From an uncultured Verrucomicrobia subdivision 3 bacterium (lineage in GTDB: Bacteria; Verrucomicrobiota; Verrucomicrobiia; Limisphaerales; UBA11358), in NCBI GenBank assembly GCA_903884535.1, contig CAISEZ010000067.1, positions 358-64,357 on the forward strand: a stretch of DNA of 64,000 bases, given 5' to 3'. Position 1 is the first letter of the stretch, and each line of letters begins with the position of its first letter. A model generated the notes under the pieces. It was not told the origin of the DNA. It made no database searches and worked only from the letters and a program-made list of their open reading frames with translations. Below are positions 62,770-64,000 of this stretch, in pieces. Made by a program: the position numbers and the translations under genes.

Positions 62770-64000
62770 TTAATCGTTTGGACCGTTGACGGTTTCACTG
62801 TTCACGGCATTGGTATCAACGCCGCTCTGGGATTTTAGCTTTAACCGGGCCGCCTTTTTAACTGCTTTGTTCTCCCGGTTGGCGTGCCGGCCCGAACCGT
62901 CACCTGGATCCATGATTCCACCGGCAGGGTTAAGCTGGTCAAGAATAGATTGCAGATGCGCCCGGGCAGCGATCGCCGCCTGACTTTGCGTATTGGTGGA
63001 CACGAGCGGCTCGGCATACGGCGCGTTTTTCATGTCGAATAAGTCGGCCGATTGATCCAACTTCCAATCCACCTCGCGGTCATACCAATGACGGCCCAGT
63101 TCAACAAAAATCCAGTCCCGCGGCCACACGTCGGACTGACCAAGCAATTGCGGTGCGAAATCTTTTCCATCTATGACCAGCTTCGACGGTATTTTGGCTC
63201 CGACGATGTCGGCGAACGTCGGGAAGAAATCGGCCAAGCTGATAAAGTTCTGCGTTACCTTGCCGACCGGAGTCCTGCCCGGCCAACTGGCCATACAAGG
63301 CACCAGCGCCCCGCCCTCAAGCATGGTTCCCTTGTGACCGGAAATGGCTCGACCACCATTGATCGTGCAGCGATCAGCATAGCCCGGAGCCGTCCCGTTA
63401 TCGCCAGCAAATACAATCAAGGTATTATCGCGCAAATTCAACCGGTCCAGTTCAGCCAAGAGTTTGCCGACCAGCTTGTCCATGTAAGTGACATTGTCCT
63501 GGTATATTTTGAACTGATCCTTGGTTCCCGGGACCGTGTCGGGCGTGGGCAGGATATCTTCATGAACATGCGACATGGCATAATAAACGTAGAACGGCTG
63601 GTCTTTGTGCTGGTTGATGAAGTTCAAGACAAAAGTCTGCATCTTGTCGGGCAGGTATTCTCCATCCAGCAACGGCGTCTCCTTGCCATTCACAGTATAA
63701 GTCTTGGCGCGCTCCTGGGTATTCCAATAATCACCACTTCCCTTGAACCGTAAATACTCGTCAAAATCCCAGTCGCTCGGCTGCAGCGGCAACTGGTTCC
63801 ACTTTCCCACCATCGCCGTCACATAGCCGGCTGGCTTAAGGATCGCGGGCATCATGGTCTCTTTGTCGGGTTTCAACAGCGGACCGCTGTCGTTGCCGGT
63901 CATGCCGGTGTGATAAGCGTAACGGCCCGTCATCAGTAAGGCACGCGACGGCCCGCAAAGCGGCGCGGCGTAACAATGCGCAAAGCGAATGCCGCCTTGC
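62770..64000 (-). CDS. family S1 sulfatase; N-terminus lies beyond the window edge
   Basis: The frame stays open upstream of the Met at 63933. Hand translation of 63934-64000 gives QGGIRFAHCYAAPLCGPSRALL, which contains the CxPxR motif. The gene therefore continues past 64000. Confidence 0.9.
   Translation of the reverse strand, partial: QGGIRFAHCYAAPLCGPSRALLMTGRYAYHTGMTGNDSGPLLKPDKETMMPAILKPAGYVTAMVGKWNQLPLQPSDWDFDEYLRFKGSGDYWNTQERAKTYTVNGKETPLLDGEYLPDKMQTFVLNFINQHKDQPFYVYYAMSHVHEDILPTPDTVPGTKDQFKIYQDNVTYMDKLVGKLLAELDRLNLRDNTLIVFAGDNGTAPGYADRCTINGGRAISGHKGTMLEGGALVPCMASWPGRTPVGKVTQNFISLADFFPTFADIVGAKIPSKLVIDGKDFAPQLLGQSDVWPRDWIFVELGRHWYDREVDWKLDQSADLFDMKNAPYAEPLVSTNTQSQAAIAARAHLQSILDQLNPAGGIMDPGDGSGRHANRENKAVKKAARLKLKSQSGVDTNAVNSETVNGPND

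Overview
This is a high-GC, very gene-dense bacterial window. Protein content (Tat-exported redox proteins, many sulfatases, thrombospondin-like DxDxDG/IPDGW linkers) and small palindromic repeats suggest a PVC-type, Verrucomicrobiota-like genome; that taxonomic call is inference only.

Layout:
- 1-16 kb, housekeeping: FNR-like oxidoreductase (partial), orphan ParA, ECF sigma with anti-sigma, polyprenyl synthase, pnp, rpsO, tilS, a secreted S53 (sedolisin) protease, MBL hydrolase, TrmH methyltransferase, a GT4 glycosyltransferase and tRNA-Ala(GGC).
- 16.5-23.7 kb, nickel island: divergent cbiQO and cbiM(PDGLE fusion)-nikR around a GTATTAC-N14-GTAACAC palindrome. An aldo/keto reductase follows, then larB-larC-larE (nickel-pincer cofactor synthesis). 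No larA is present.
- 23.7-29.1 kb, uncharacterised envelope redox operon: Tat aldo/keto reductase with a CxxCxxC motif, a membrane-anchored unknown protein, a Tat DUF362 protein, a membrane polyferredoxin and a small zinc-ribbon protein.
- 29.1-33 kb: beta-propeller/Y_Y_Y sensor kinase with a LuxR-type response regulator.
- 33-44.4 kb, secreted-protein locus: three paralogous metallophosphoesterases (one with degenerate metal ligands), a DUF1566 protein and a 1185-aa protein joining a lectin-like, an FGE-like and an arylsulfotransferase-like domain.
- 44.4-47.2 kb: a YHYH-PEBP fusion translationally coupled to a HupE/UreJ-type membrane protein.
- 47.3-64 kb, sulfated-polysaccharide degradation locus: four sulfatases, GH8, PL8, a tandem PL5-like lyase and GH2.

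Every gene from 23.7 kb to the window end is on the minus strand.

Most notable observations:
- A shared C-terminal module ending in FYR[LI] on five unrelated secreted enzymes.
- A 63-nt palindromic element inserted in frame in tilS.
- A CACAGAT palindromic element that supplies the larB stop codon.
- The larA-less nickel island lying next to the DUF362/polyferredoxin operon.

All calls come from reading the supplied translations and the DNA. No database search was run.
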